Below, piece by piece: positions 13,491 through 25,822 of a DNA stretch of 64,000 bases; the first letter of the stretch is position 1, and the number at the start of each line of letters is the position of its first letter. The stretch lies in contig NC_134035.1 in NCBI RefSeq assembly GCF_964204645.1, forward strand, positions 9,394,451 through 9,458,450. Reading direction: 5' to 3'. This DNA comes from Tubulanus polymorphus (taxonomy: Eukaryota > Animalia > Nemertea). The notes beneath the pieces are model-generated. The model had not been told where the DNA came from and ran no database searches. It saw only the letters and a program-made list of their open reading frames with translations. The position numbers were made by a program, and so were the translations under genes.

Positions 13491-14270
13491 TCGGTGCGTT
13501 TTTGTTTTTGCAAAAATATTTCTAAAAACGAAAACGAAATATTGCCACCGCGTTATCTCAAGCGAACTTTGTTGCCGAATGCCTCCAAATAAAGCATACG
13601 TTTTCCAATCGTGTGTTAATTGTCCGTCCATGTGCATTTCGAAGGTGCATTTGGTATTTTTTTGCACATCCCGAAAGGAGCGGACGGTGACTGTATTTGT
13701 TTAATGGGAATCGCACTCGAGGGTCGTCGCGTCGCGCGTGGTTCCGTCAAAGCCGACGCCACGTTCGATAAACACCATCAACATGTTTATTTGACATATC
13801 GTCGATCAGTCATTTCATAATAATAGCCTATGAATAAAATGAATTAGGTATAAGCAAAGAACGCGATCTGCGAAAAAATGATAACAATCATAATCAACGG
13901 AATATTGTTTGTCGTGATTTCGCTCCGAAAGAAATCGAATAGTTCATATTATACACTTGAATATTCTGCGTTTCACTGAAAATGATTGCCTTAACTGTGT
14001 GAAAATCGAATAGCTCCGAAAATGATGAATCTGTTACTCGTGAGTATAGAGCTGCTGGTGCAGATTGCTTTCTCTAGGTTGTGCAAGAATCATCCCAGTT
14101 TCACGAAATTACCCTCAAGTGCTGGGCTTTCACAAATGTGGTTTCCAGCTTATTTTTTCCAACAAATGTGGTTTTCCAGCTTTTCTGAGTTTTTCATACA
14201 TGGAGCAGGGAAACCCGGAAAAAGCTGAATGCTTTTACCAAATTGATTTACTGTTCATTAACGTCCAGCC

Positions 14271-14342
14271 GACTCCGTGGCGCAATGGTAGCGCGTCTGA
14301 CTCCAGATCAGAAGGCTGCGTGTTCGAATCACGTCGGGGTCA
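14271..14342 (+). tRNA. trnW-CCA: tRNA-Trp (anticodon CCA), identical to 12754-12825
   Basis: Same 72-nt sequence; TTTTT terminator at 14353-14357. Confidence 0.98.
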
Positions 14343-15118
14343 TTAGCGCCGATTTTTGCGATAAGTTTTCATACACATTGAAACTGAAAAATGTGCGTTT
14401 CGAAGGTGCGTTTTGTTTTTTGTTTTGGTGTATTTCGGAGGTGCATTTCGTGTACACAGCATAAACATCTGTCGAAGTCGTACTTGATAAAAGTAGGCGA
14501 AGTGCCCCAAAGACTTCGCAGCGAAAACCCGAAATACAGAACAGAAACGATTCTCCGGCTTGTTTCGTGACTGTATGCGTCGCTCCGTAACGCGGAAGTC
14601 ATTTTTTGTCTTCCAATTCCGATTAATTCCGGTCTCCTCGAATTTTTCTGTTTCTTTCATCGGTTTTGCTCATCGGCGAAGCGTAAGAAGCACCAACGCA
14701 ACGCCGCTGTGCGTGGAGACGCATGCGATCATCAACGATAAGAAAGTACACCGCGGCCTCCCATTCAACAGCGGAGACTGCGCTTCCATTCAATCGACTC
14801 TAGACAAGGAGGAAGTCACGTACCGGCGGAGGAAGGAACGGGTTCGCTTTGACAGGAAGTTCGGAGCCTCATCACGGCGCGTTGTTACGTTACGCGTAGT
14901 TTGTCGTTCGTCATGATTATAGGCTACAGAGACGATCTTCACTGGTCGTAAAACTATATCCTTCGTGACGTGGACAATGAACCGGGAAAGTGAATGTCTA
15001 CCGAATTACTGAGATTGAACATTACTAATACGTATCGTCTGTGAACGAGTTCTTTTAGTCACGATTCAATTTCATATACGCCTTTGGGAATATTCAATTC
15101 TCATTGTTTCAAGCTTAC

Positions 15119-15318
15119 GAACTCGTTCGCCGAAATTGAAATATGAGTTTCTCCTTATCTACGAGCCGAGCGAAGATCTGATCTGTAACACGAAATCCTT
15201 TTTTTTGCAGACATTTATTTTCAGGAGTTTTTTTCGAAGAACGCGTCAGCGATGTTTCGGCGCCGGGAGTTGAAAAATGGAGCTCCGGATCGGATGACGT
15301 ATACCCAAGCGGACTCAT
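15119..15318 (-). CDS. candidate alternative first coding exon (MSPLGYTSSDPELHF...FQFRRTS+2 nt, phase 2)
   Basis: 200 nt open from ATG to TC|GTAAGC; start context weak (T at -3). Confidence 0.35.
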
Positions 15319-16879
15319 TTACTACCCCGGTGCACTACGTATCGACTAACATTCAAGTTTTACTTCACGTAGGCGATTTTTCTTACGGATTCGATGAGAA
15401 TTTGTCGTGTGTTTGTGTTTTCTATAATGTGTTTGTGTTTTCTATCTATCGAATGAGCGGAGCGCGTACAAGAGGGAGATAGAAAACGAGAAAGAGACGG
15501 AGGCTGCGAGCTAACGCCGCCATCGATCGGATTCAAGTCAGAATTACCACAAATCTTCATTAACCTGACAAATCCCGATGCATCGAAAACAAACACATCC
15601 ACCGAATCGCATTCGACGACGCCTACCGGAACTTGTTATTGCGTCTAACAACAAAACAAATTCTGCCGTTTCCAATCAACATTCTGACCAAGTGCGCAAA
15701 GTAGTTATTTGCGTATGCGAATGGACGACGTCGTCGCTCACCGATTGTAACCCCGATTTCAGAAGATTCTGTGACTAGATTTGATAAATCATTGCTGTCA
15801 TATTTCGAGAGGAAGATTGCAGATTGATCTTCAATGATCGCCAAGGTGAAGATTAAGGACGAGTCGCTATACGTACGTATAGTGATTATACGTATAGTGG
15901 TCATCTGCGATCCTTGATCTTTAAGGTTGGGCGAGGTTGTTATCATTGTAAGGTGAAATATATGTGTTGTTTTTCTTCAAGGCGAAAATAAACTTTCATG
16001 CTTTTTATGTTTTTAGGCAGGGGCGACGGTGCAAATGCTTGGTTTAAAGGCCCAAACATCGAATGTTTTCAGACTGTAAGGTGATGCTGCCACCTATATA
16101 TTTCATGCTTGTTTGGAGAAACACAATGGAGGATGCACTAGATAGTTTGTGACTAATTTCAGTCTTGAATATCACGAAACCCCGCATTGTAGATCTAAAA
16201 CAACACTGCGGAGGTGACGTGGTGAGAAATGAATATTTTTCTTCGAGGAATCGAAATAGAATTTACGCAGCCAGAGACTGAGGCAAAGACAGGTATGTGG
16301 TGTTATGGCCAGGCACGTCTACCTATTGAGATGGTTGTCTACAAAGAGAAAGAAAAGACAAAAGAGAAAGGGTCTGATTGGCTTGCGGATAGCCAATCAG
16401 AGCCCCCGTAACTTACAAGTTAGATGGCGCTACCGCGCGGTCATCAGTCTCTCGCCGCGCAAATACAATTCAAAAAATACAAATTCGTTCCCAGGAAAAA
16501 CAATATATATTCATTTTCACCGTCTCACCTCCGGGGCTATGTAAGAGGACGTCTAGACGGCAAAGCGAAGCTTTGTGTATGAAATCTATGAAGCCGTGTG
16601 TCATCCTGTCCATTCGAAGAATCTTAGAAACTCTTCCCGACTAAACTGATTAAATTAAGGAATCTGGTGTTCATTTATCAACGGATTTATAGTTAACGAG
16701 ACATGCACTCGTCGTATAGGGCGGAGTTCATAGCAGTAGCTTAAGAAACCTTAAAATACTATTTATGTACAATGATTATACCGCGAGGAATTATATAATG
16801 AATTGAGTTGATTACAGCCAGTGAGTCTAAAGATGTGGTTAATTTACTGGACTATTGACGCACGCAAGTCGGTTCAAAC

Positions 16880-17405
16880 CATACTCCTCCCTCTGCAGGG
16901 ATTCGAACCTGATGGCTGGTGGCATCGCCACGGCACGAAACCCTGTCACACTAGAACGGGTGCGCAGGTACATGCGCAGGTTTGCCGCAAGGAAACTTGC
17001 GGCACCAATCAGATTGCCCGTTGTATAATCGCTGAGGCAGATTTCACAGATAAACTGTAAATGGAAAAACCAGAATAGAATAAAAAGGGATTTCCTCAGT
17101 AGGTCAGTGACGTACTATTTGGCATGATGCTATTGCATCCACCACCAGTGCCGAGCCGAGTGACAGGTGGGTTCGAATCCTGCTGGCTGCTAACAGTGTG
17201 CGGGCAACACTTCAAAGGCCGCCCGTCGGTTAAATGAATAATTCAATACGATCAAAAAACCAAGATCCAAGCGACGTAAAGCCGAAACAAAACAAAACAA
17301 AACAGACAATTACGGTTGGCTAATAATGACATTAACTAAGTTGCAAACGTATCTGCGCACTCGATCAAAGTGTGGCAGGGTCTCGAATCCCTACCGGGGA
17401 GGATG
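16880..17405. mobile_element. MITE with long tRNA/B-box-like TIRs (CAT...ATG ends), interrupted by a SINE
   Basis: Left arm (CTCCCTCTGCAGGGATTCGAACCTGATGG) and inverted right arm (CGAATCCCTACCGGGGAGGATG) match 49362-49744; flanks GTTCAAAC/GTCGGAAC are a decayed 8-bp TSD at best. Confidence 0.7.
17094..17304 (+). mobile_element. tRNA-derived SINE nested in the MITE
   Basis: B box GGGTTCGAATCC, head similar to 51016-51108, 3' end GACGTAAAGCCG followed by an (AAAAC)n tail. Confidence 0.7.
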
Positions 17406-18769
17406 GTCGGAACTAACTACCAAACTGGTTTATCCTCGCGGCTGTGGAAACGACGAACGCGATTGACGAGACAAATTGAATTTGAATTTGACAACCGATG
17501 CGATTACTGGACACTAATTCGTATTCATGCTTTGGCGTGCGTTGAGAACTGCTAATTTCCGACTATTCTCAATCCGCTAACTATATCAGGCATTATCCGC
17601 TCTAAGGCCTTTCTGTTGTTTTTTATTCTGATAGGAATTTTGTCGTTTTCGTAGAGAATGATTTATCATTATTGCGCCGAATTATCTTCCGAATCACTGA
17701 ATTGAGATCGTCGGGCCGTTTCGAGCCGTTTACCGAGAAACAGCAATAAAGCAACAACAAGTTGTGAATTAGACAATTTAAAACCGAGGAAACCGTAATG
17801 AAAACCACGATAAAATGTTAATCACATAATGAATAGTCCGTTCAGACATGGAGCAAAGACTTAAATTGAAATCCACTGTAAAAAAACTTTTGATAAAGAA
17901 ATTTCGTTTTCAATCGTTTATATTTGTAATTTATCGGGTTTTGATTCATGAGTGTTATGTCAGAACTTTTGTTGTAGCAAGAACCGAAAATTCTAATAAA
18001 TTCAAATTCAGACCTGGTTATTGAAATCGTAAATGAACTGTATACATAATTGGAAGTGAACTATATTTGACTTCGGATTCGAAGATAACCAGCGCACGTG
18101 GAGTTGCGTGGTGCCTGAACCCGCGGCACGAAACCTGTCATAAATCGTGGACAATATTAGCGGATTGGGGCTGAAATTAATATCGCGCTCGCCATCGAAG
18201 ATCGACAAATATTTCCTTTGTAATTACACTTCTTGCATATGAAGCACTTTCGTTAATTAATTGAAACAGTATCGGTACCGATCCTGATGAGAGAGGTTCG
18301 AATGTATGAAGTGAGTTGGTGTTTCAGGATGTATACGTCAACACATGCAAACAGTCGTCCTCAATCCGGGGGCTCTAGATTACACTACTCGCAAGCGGAT
18401 ATTAAGTGATTGCTCCTCCCGAGGAGGATTCCATTTCACTACGTCATAAATCTGCTCATTTTTGGATTGGATTTTTACGTAGCTACACAGACAAAACGCA
18501 AGGTTTTCAGCAAGTTTCACATTCACGTGTTCACATTATTAGGATGTTCTCTGCCCACCATTCTTAATGTATGGAACCACTCCGAAGAACATACAGAAAC
18601 CATGAACACAGAGCAACCCCCTATCAGGCACATCCCCTAGGCATTGAGGTTGCCCTTCTTATTCACGTACCCATTGATTTACGAAATTATATCTTCAGAA
18701 ATTACGTTTATAATATAAAATTAATAATAAATATTTCAACAAATAGGTGAGAAATATTCAGTGCATCGT

Positions 18770-19000
18770 TCACTGCCCCACAAGATCCAACACGTCGGTC
18801 AACAGTTGGTTAATACGACCGGAACGGTAACAGGCATTTTCATGAACTATGGGATCTAATCTACTGATTGCTGTATGTTGCCAAACATTAACAAAAAATG
18901 CCGTAATATCCCATTTTGGATCCTCTGCAGGCCAACTAGTTGTAGTTACTATGGATTTAGTCCTTAATGACCTCATATTGTGAAATGCTCTATTGTATTT
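18770..19000 (-). mobile_element. decayed LINE APE-endonuclease relic
   Basis: AFHNMRSLRTK...WDITAF..W...CYRSGR resembles the N-terminal APE motifs (NxRSLxxK, DIIxxxETW, YRxDR); by eye only. Confidence 0.35.
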
Positions 19001-19448
19001 TCAATCTCTCTCTGCGAAGATCTAACGTTCTCGTATTAGTTATGTTTCGTTTATGCCATTTTCTTACAGCAATCTTCGTCTTTTTTTCATTCACGCCTGC
19101 GGTTGGAGCGAATACGTAATTTAGCGTGGCTTTATTATTGATGAAGGGACGGGCAAGTTTTAGTGCCCTCGCTCACCCTACTGCCAAGAACAATTATTGT
19201 AAACACAAATCGCAGTCAGCCGCCGCCTCTCTCACGGCTAACACTGTGAGTGTCGTTTGTCTGATATCTCTTTCATGTTTGTTGTTCGGCGCAATGAATG
19301 GTCGCTCGTATGATATTATCTTCGATCAAAGACGGCGTTCGTAGTACCCTATAAACCACTGAGATTGAATCTCGAGAAGGTCCTTTACGATCCACGATAT
19401 AGCGTCGAATTTGCCATCAAAATCGAACTTGCCATTACCTTGGACTCG

Positions 19449-19545
19449 CGCGGCAAACCTGCGCATGTAGCTACGCACCCGGTCTAGTGTGGCGGGGCTG
19501 AGTCTAGCGATACCATCAGGTTCTAATCCCTGCCGGGGGAGGATG
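19449..19545. mobile_element. solo arm of the tRNA-like-TIR MITE
   Basis: Reverse complement of the 16880/49362 left arm, ending CCCTGCCGGGGGAGGATG. Confidence 0.7.
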
Positions 19546-20045
19546 ACTCCGGGCCTGCACACGCGCGCTTTATGTGCCCGGCTTATGTACACCCCGAACA
19601 AACATTCAAAAAGCGAGGTAAACATCTTACAATTTCTTCTGAAGTTGCGACCGGCCATAACGACCATGATAATAATATATTGATGTATTTTCGACGTAGA
19701 ATAATAAAATAGCGTCCAATCAGACGTAATGAGGCGAGTATACACAACACCACGAGTTCAATCAGTCATTCAATGATTTATTATCCAGCTATCTTAACCG
19801 CGATGATGGTAAATCATCATTTCGAGAACGCCTTTGAGTCGTATTATCGAGAGGTAGATTTACCCTGAGTCCCTCGAGTGCGGGAAATTGCACATGGCAT
19901 TCGAAAGAAAGGCTCAACAACAGGAATTGTGAGTAGTTCGAATGATTGGAAAATTGCTCCTGCAATCATAGACGTGCCCGACCTACACCCAATTAGCTAT
20001 ACACCGTTACGAAAAATCTGTTCGTCTAAATATTGGAATTCTCAC

Positions 20046-20113
20046 GTATGGTTTCTATGTATTCGTGGTGGTTTTATCGATGTGCGGTTGTCATTTCTTT
20101 TTTCAAGTAGCAT
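20046..20113 (-). CDS. weak candidate first coding exon (MLLEKRNDNRTSIKPPRIHRNH+2 nt, phase 2)
   Basis: 68 nt open from ATG to AC|GTGAGA; weak start context. Confidence 0.22.
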
Positions 20114-20745
20114 ATAAACTGACCCGCGAGCTCGATATAATTCCTCTGCGCGCTGGATGCTGGAATCCACCGCAGGCGGCGGTCGCTGCGACACGCGTAG
20201 CGGCGGACGTGGCCTGGCACTAATTACACGAATTACGAGCAAATAGATCGCGCAGGCGGTCGGTCGGTTTTGACCGAATCAAAATCCACGACAGGATCAC
20301 GGGCATGTCTTACACACTAAGCTCTCCGACTGAGAAGATGCCGGGTAATTTCACGGCTTCGTGAACGGCAATTTGAATAATCGAATAATAACAGGGATTT
20401 CATGAACGCATAAGTAAATAGGAATCTTTTCGAGTCTGGAGCGCCGCGTCACGTCGTTGCGTATACGTCGACGACTCTCAAAACGTGACGTCGATGTCGG
20501 CGGTGATTTTCGGTTATAAATAATGCAGGCGACGCAGAGACTATTTACTTTTCATTCTGCGGAGACGCGAAAAAGTGGTTATCTTTCAACGGGCGTCAAA
20601 TAGCTTGTGTGTAAATAAATATTAATTGAGTTGTGAAAAGCGATAGTTCGCTTATAGCTGCATTTTCAGCGCTGTTGATTCCCAATAGCGCGTTAGCGCG
20701 GCCGTTTAGTCATTGGATTCGTAGCGAAATTCGGTTGAGTTGAGA

Positions 20746-21022
20746 CACAGGCACTTGAATATGGGCTTTGATAATGGATAAATATTTGATAATTTACCAG
20801 CGATACGTTAATCCTACTTTAATAGATCCGCCATGTTTTATAATAGATTTACCCATGATGCAACGCGCGCCGGTCGTTTAGCTATACTAAACGACCGGCG
20901 CGCGTTGCATCATGTGTAAATTTATTATAAAACATGGCGGATCTATTAAAGTAGGATTAACGTATCGCTGGTAAATTATCAAATATTTATCCATTATCAA
21001 AGCCCATATTCAAGTGCCTGTG
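20746..21022. mobile_element. young foldback element (P/Galileo-like), 277-bp near-perfect palindrome
   Basis: Two 136-bp arms (2 mismatches seen) around a 5-nt loop, CA...TG ends, perfect 7-bp TSD GTTGAGA (20739-20745, 21023-21029). Confidence 0.92.
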
Positions 21023-22656
21023 GTTGAGAGTAAGCCGTATAGTTTTTTTGCATCCAATTCGTTCCATACGATTCGACTCGGGTGCGATCGATACCGCCGC
21101 GCAGACGAGAATTCGATTCGATCGATATGATTTTCATATCTCGGATCATAATCGACGCCTCGGCTCTGAAGTCTGGAGACTCGGCGGCGCGTATGGAACG
21201 CCATCCTAGCAAAAAAACACTACATCGCATTTTAACAACGCTCTGTTCGGTACACACGCGAGACGATGTGAAAATTGATTTTTAAGGCGAATGAAATTCA
21301 ATTACTATACGCTACTGCTTTTCAAGTAGGACTCGGCGCTTAAAACGTAGCACGATTGTTTTCCGGATTCGTTGAACGTGACGCTGGTGGCGCTTAAACA
21401 CGAACGCACTTAACTCCATCAGAAATTGCATTTAAAACGATAACGCGCGATGATGGCTTAATCTTATTTCTCTTAATATTCTCCACTTCACGCTATTTGC
21501 CGCGTTCGAACTTCCGCCCCTCGTCTAAAAGACATTTCAATTCAAGTTTAACTATCGGCGCGAAGGAATCAATGTCTATATCGTCACCAGCTCGCATTGT
21601 AACAGTAAATATGAAACTGAGTTTTATTGAAACGGTAATGATCAGCCAGTTTGATTAATAATCTCACTAGCGTTTCTATCTTCATCCAATCTTGAGATAT
21701 GAACGAAATAAGGAAATAAGATTGGAAAAAGGCAAAAAATAAAAAATGTGTACCTGGAGGATTCCCAAAAACATGGCGCCTGGAAAATGTAAAAAGTGGT
21801 TATTTAGGGGGACACGCAGGGAACATAGACAGAGCATGCGGCTTCCGAGCTCTTCTCGTGACGTGCGCGTTTACGAAAAACGATAAACATGGTTTCGGGA
21901 AACAATGGTTACCAGGATCAAACATGCCGTGTTTCCGCGTTTCTCTGCGTCGTGGGCGGTTGACTTTACAGCTCGAAATCTTTAATCAGGAAATACGAAA
22001 AAAGAATGGAATATTTCGCCTTAAAACCGGTGTCAAATTCAGGTGAGATCGAATTTAATAGATTGCGCAAAATATAATCGCAGAAATTTCGCCATCATAA
22101 ATCAAGCGTAAACTCGTCGATAGGAAGTGTCCGGGCTCGACTATTACACTGTCATTGCCGTTTAATGGCGGTAATCCATCAAATCGAATGCCGCAATAGA
22201 ATACCGACTAACAGACAGAAAAGGGAGATAGGTGTTAATTTTAATCTGCGTCGAGGATCTTTTGAAGGCAACAGATGATAATCGATCATTCAGGAACCCG
22301 GGTGATCCCCGCCGTGCGCGACTAAACCGATTCCGTATCGCGGAAGTTTGATGAATTCTGATCAGTACAGTGCGAGCACCGGTAGAGTTAAACCTCGTAG
22401 ATGTAGCTGTCAGTCATAGAGAGAGGGTTACTCATTAAATCTATATTAGATCTATCTGCTCATATCGTTTACGATGTAGAATACGGAGAGTCGTGTCGAG
22501 GGGCCGTGTTAACCTGTTATGAAATCAGTAAACGTCAGGGCAAATAGTACTTTGCGGATTAACTAATTCATCGAACAATTCGATTAAAAGTACGAACTGA
22601 CGCTAGTGCAAAGTTAAAGCTTCGTCATTGTTTTCCTCATACTATAATACTAGTAT

Positions 22657-22750
22657 CGAATGCTCGTGCGTAAAATAAGATTTATCTTTTTCCTGATGAA
22701 ACTGTTAAAAACTAGCAACGAAAGCTCGTAATATTCAGATAAAATAGTTA
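22657..22750 (+). mobile_element. Penelope-like relic (family B) with degenerate hammerhead
   Basis: CTGATGA (22693-22699)...GAAAGCTCGT, preceded by a second 3'-half remnant CGAATGCTCGTGCGTAAAATAA; matches the 32217 motif. Confidence 0.55.
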
Positions 22751-22879
22751 ACCCGAAATTAGTTAACCTACCCAGTACTAACTGGCTCTACTTTTTGGCA
22801 CAGCCTTTAGGCCTGAGAGGTGTCCTTTCAATTAGGCCTATGAAGGACCTGTGGATGTCAAAGCATCATTTATAGAAAA

Positions 22880-23160
22880 TCTTAAACATATATTGATGAA
22901 TGTATTATATCATTATATTACCATAACTGCCTTCATATTTACTGATGTGAAATAAGCAAATACCCATGTTGAAATCATTTTCACCATGGATTATCGACGG
23001 ACAGCCATTAAAACCTATCGGGCCTGGACGTATCCATGAATAAAAATTGACAAATTTCATTTTGATTTGATTGTCCAAAAATTTTGAATCACCTATTTCT
23101 AACATTTGTGTCGACTGCACATCATATTCACAATAAAGTATTCATTCCATTTTTTCCATT
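22880..23160 (-). mobile_element. decayed LINE ORF2 (pre-RT region) relic
   Basis: Frameshifted EKWNEYF...RPGPIGF...CLFHISKYEGSY, in the order expected for WxxYF, PGPDG, LFNxxxxxGxYP. Confidence 0.45.
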
Positions 23161-25738
23161 CGCCCAGCGATTCTATAAGCGTGAGCATCGATTGCCATTA
23201 GATATATCCATCGAAATCTATCAGCCTTTTTATAAGCCGCGATGACGAATAGCCATGCATGTTTTACGGCAGCTAAAAACAATTGCGTCGGAGCCGATTG
23301 CAGCTCGCGGTGAAATAACGCCGCTTATTTATTCAACATTTCTACGTTGAACAAACATCGAATTTCGTACGCGTCGCTAAGAAGCAATCCTCCATTCGAT
23401 ATTGTCAATTTACACCGAGACATCGACGATAGAATTATGCATTTGCCGGAACGGGCCTCGCATGCGTCTCATCTCGTTGTCGTCGAATGCTTGATTTTTT
23501 GCGCGACAAAAAATCCGGTTATACGTCGATTTCGAGAAAACCTTTGAAGTACGTCGTCTTGGAAAATATTCCGCCTGATGCCCGATGTTCTTTGACTGGG
23601 ATAAACAAAGGTAGAAGACGTCAACGGCTACTGTTTAGTTACCATGCTCGACATGTCTTTACGATCTTATTTGTTGACGACGCGCTTGCACATGTCTCGT
23701 AGCAAAGTCTTCCAGATTCCCGGAATATCGGTTTTCCTTCGTGAGTGTCGGGTTTCTACTTAATAACGTTTTAAACACGACGCGCGTGTGTTAAAGTACC
23801 TCAAGTAATTAGAAAAAGTTCCGATTTTTATTTACATCGTTTAGATTAGTCTCGGAAGTAATTTCTAATATTCTTCGTATAGAGAGCAATTTCGCCGAAA
23901 GAACGTCGCTATTTCTTACGTAGAAACTAACGTTAAAAAGTTACGTAGTTTACGTAGGCGTTTTAATTAATGGCTGTCAGTTGCAGGTGGAAAGATTCCT
24001 TTAAGAGAGACGACGGCAATGATGATGAATCTGTATGCGCAACTTCCGATGGATATAAGAGCTACGCAAAGAAACGAGACTGAACACGCTTCAGTCAGTG
24101 GAAGCCGTTGACCATTTGCGAAACGAATAAATCACCGAGTGTAATATTTCAGTCGGCCGAATCGTCTTAAGCGATTTACCGCGACGTCGACATCAGAAAC
24201 AACCCTTTTATCGTAATAGATATTTGTATTTGTGCAACATTTTCACGCACATTCATCGCTCTTATCATCAAAGGTCCGCGGACATGTGTATACGGGGTTA
24301 AGTGATGTCGACAACGGCAAACACGTTCACTGATCCATGGCCGTCGTCAATGGACACAACCGTCACAATATTGGCTTTATCGGAACGAACACTGCCCGGA
24401 GTTTATGAGGTTGGAGGTTCGATCCCACCAGCTGGCAGACTATTCGGACTCATCTCATTTCAGATAGACTAAATACAATGTCCACACCATTTTGTCCTCG
24501 GCAGCTATACGATCATGCGTCTATTTTTCTAATCCTGTGAGATCAATGCACTTCTATATTTTCATGGTGGCTTAAAACTGACGAGTAAATACGCCTACGA
24601 ATTCTCTCATAATAGAGCCATTTTCGACGTAATAGATGACTTTCGGACGACATTACTTGACAGAAACAGATAAATTACACGATTTCGTCGTTGCGGCGCT
24701 TGAGTCTGTCTGGAGTGATTTTCCATATAAGAAATCGGAACATGGCGAATTATTGATTACATTAAGTCTATATGATTGCAAATCGCCTTTCATTAATCTC
24801 CTTACATGTGTACAGAGGATTTTTGATTATAATCTCCCGTACGCCCGGTAATAATGCTGTCCATTATCATAAAGGGATATAATAATTGGAATCGTCGAAA
24901 TGAACTGAATTTGAACCTATTGTTAGATTCATCAAAACCGTCAATCGGGCGGTATTGGCCGTTAAGGTTGAAATGTAGAAGTAGCCAAGAGTGAATGTAA
25001 GCAGCACGCCTGGTGGATCCTCACTTGCTACAGTTAGCGTGGCCGATAGCGCATTGTGAAATTTGTCCCGATTTCAGTCGTTCGTAGATATTCAAATCGT
25101 TATCAACTTTTTATCCATTCAAAATTAGATGAATTCGACTGAAATGAATAATTCCCAGTTGGTCGATTTCGAATTGATTATCTATTCCGCATCATATTCA
25201 TTTCTACGTTTCAATTTTCATTTCCCTTTTCCCAAGAGATATCGAAATATCTCATCCGATTTAAAATACCTCATCTGATTCAAAACAACACATAGCGTGA
25301 CTCACTAAACAGCTAAAAAACGACGATTTTGGCTGAAGTTTTGCAGTCAGCCTTTTTATATTATCTCGTTCGATATCGAAGGCTAACTCAGTGACAGAGC
25401 GCTGTTAGAGGAACTACATAAACGAGGAATCAATTTAGAGATTGGAATAAGTGATTATAGCACAATAACTTTAATTGCATTGTATAATAGTATTATTCTC
25501 CGAGGCTTACAAGAACTACCATTAACAACGCTATTGGCATCCTTGTTATTTTTTCAAGTAGCTTCAACATACAAATTTGAACACATTTTGGTCAAAACCG
25601 GCCGTTTGAATACGAACTGCCGTTGTGGATATTCGTAAAATTTTTTTTGGAGAATCACGGCTTAATTGGAGTGTTTTAACTATATTAACTATACCCGGTA
25701 TATCTATCTAAACGTTTAGACGAACGAGGTTCACTTAC

Positions 25739-25822
25739 GTACATTTTGTACAGCTTTTCGTTACTTTCGTCGGTTTCTTTGCCGTTTAGATCCATCATAG
25801 AACTCAGAAAATCACAGGCCAT
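25739..25822 (-). CDS. candidate first coding exon (MACDFLSSMMDLNGKETDESNEKLYKMY)
   Basis: Open to TAC|GTAAGT (phase 0); an overlapping AT|GTACGT donor 4 nt earlier would give phase 2; CpG-rich sequence upstream. Confidence 0.35.

Noticed and set aside
12768-14464. ORFs starting MVARLTPDQKAACSNHVG
   Set aside because: Read-through of tRNA-Trp sequence.
15360-15946. Two further minus ORFs ending at GT-containing stops
   Set aside because: Donors are weak (GTAAAA, GTAGGC), and any G before a stop mimics a phase-2 donor, so they were not counted.
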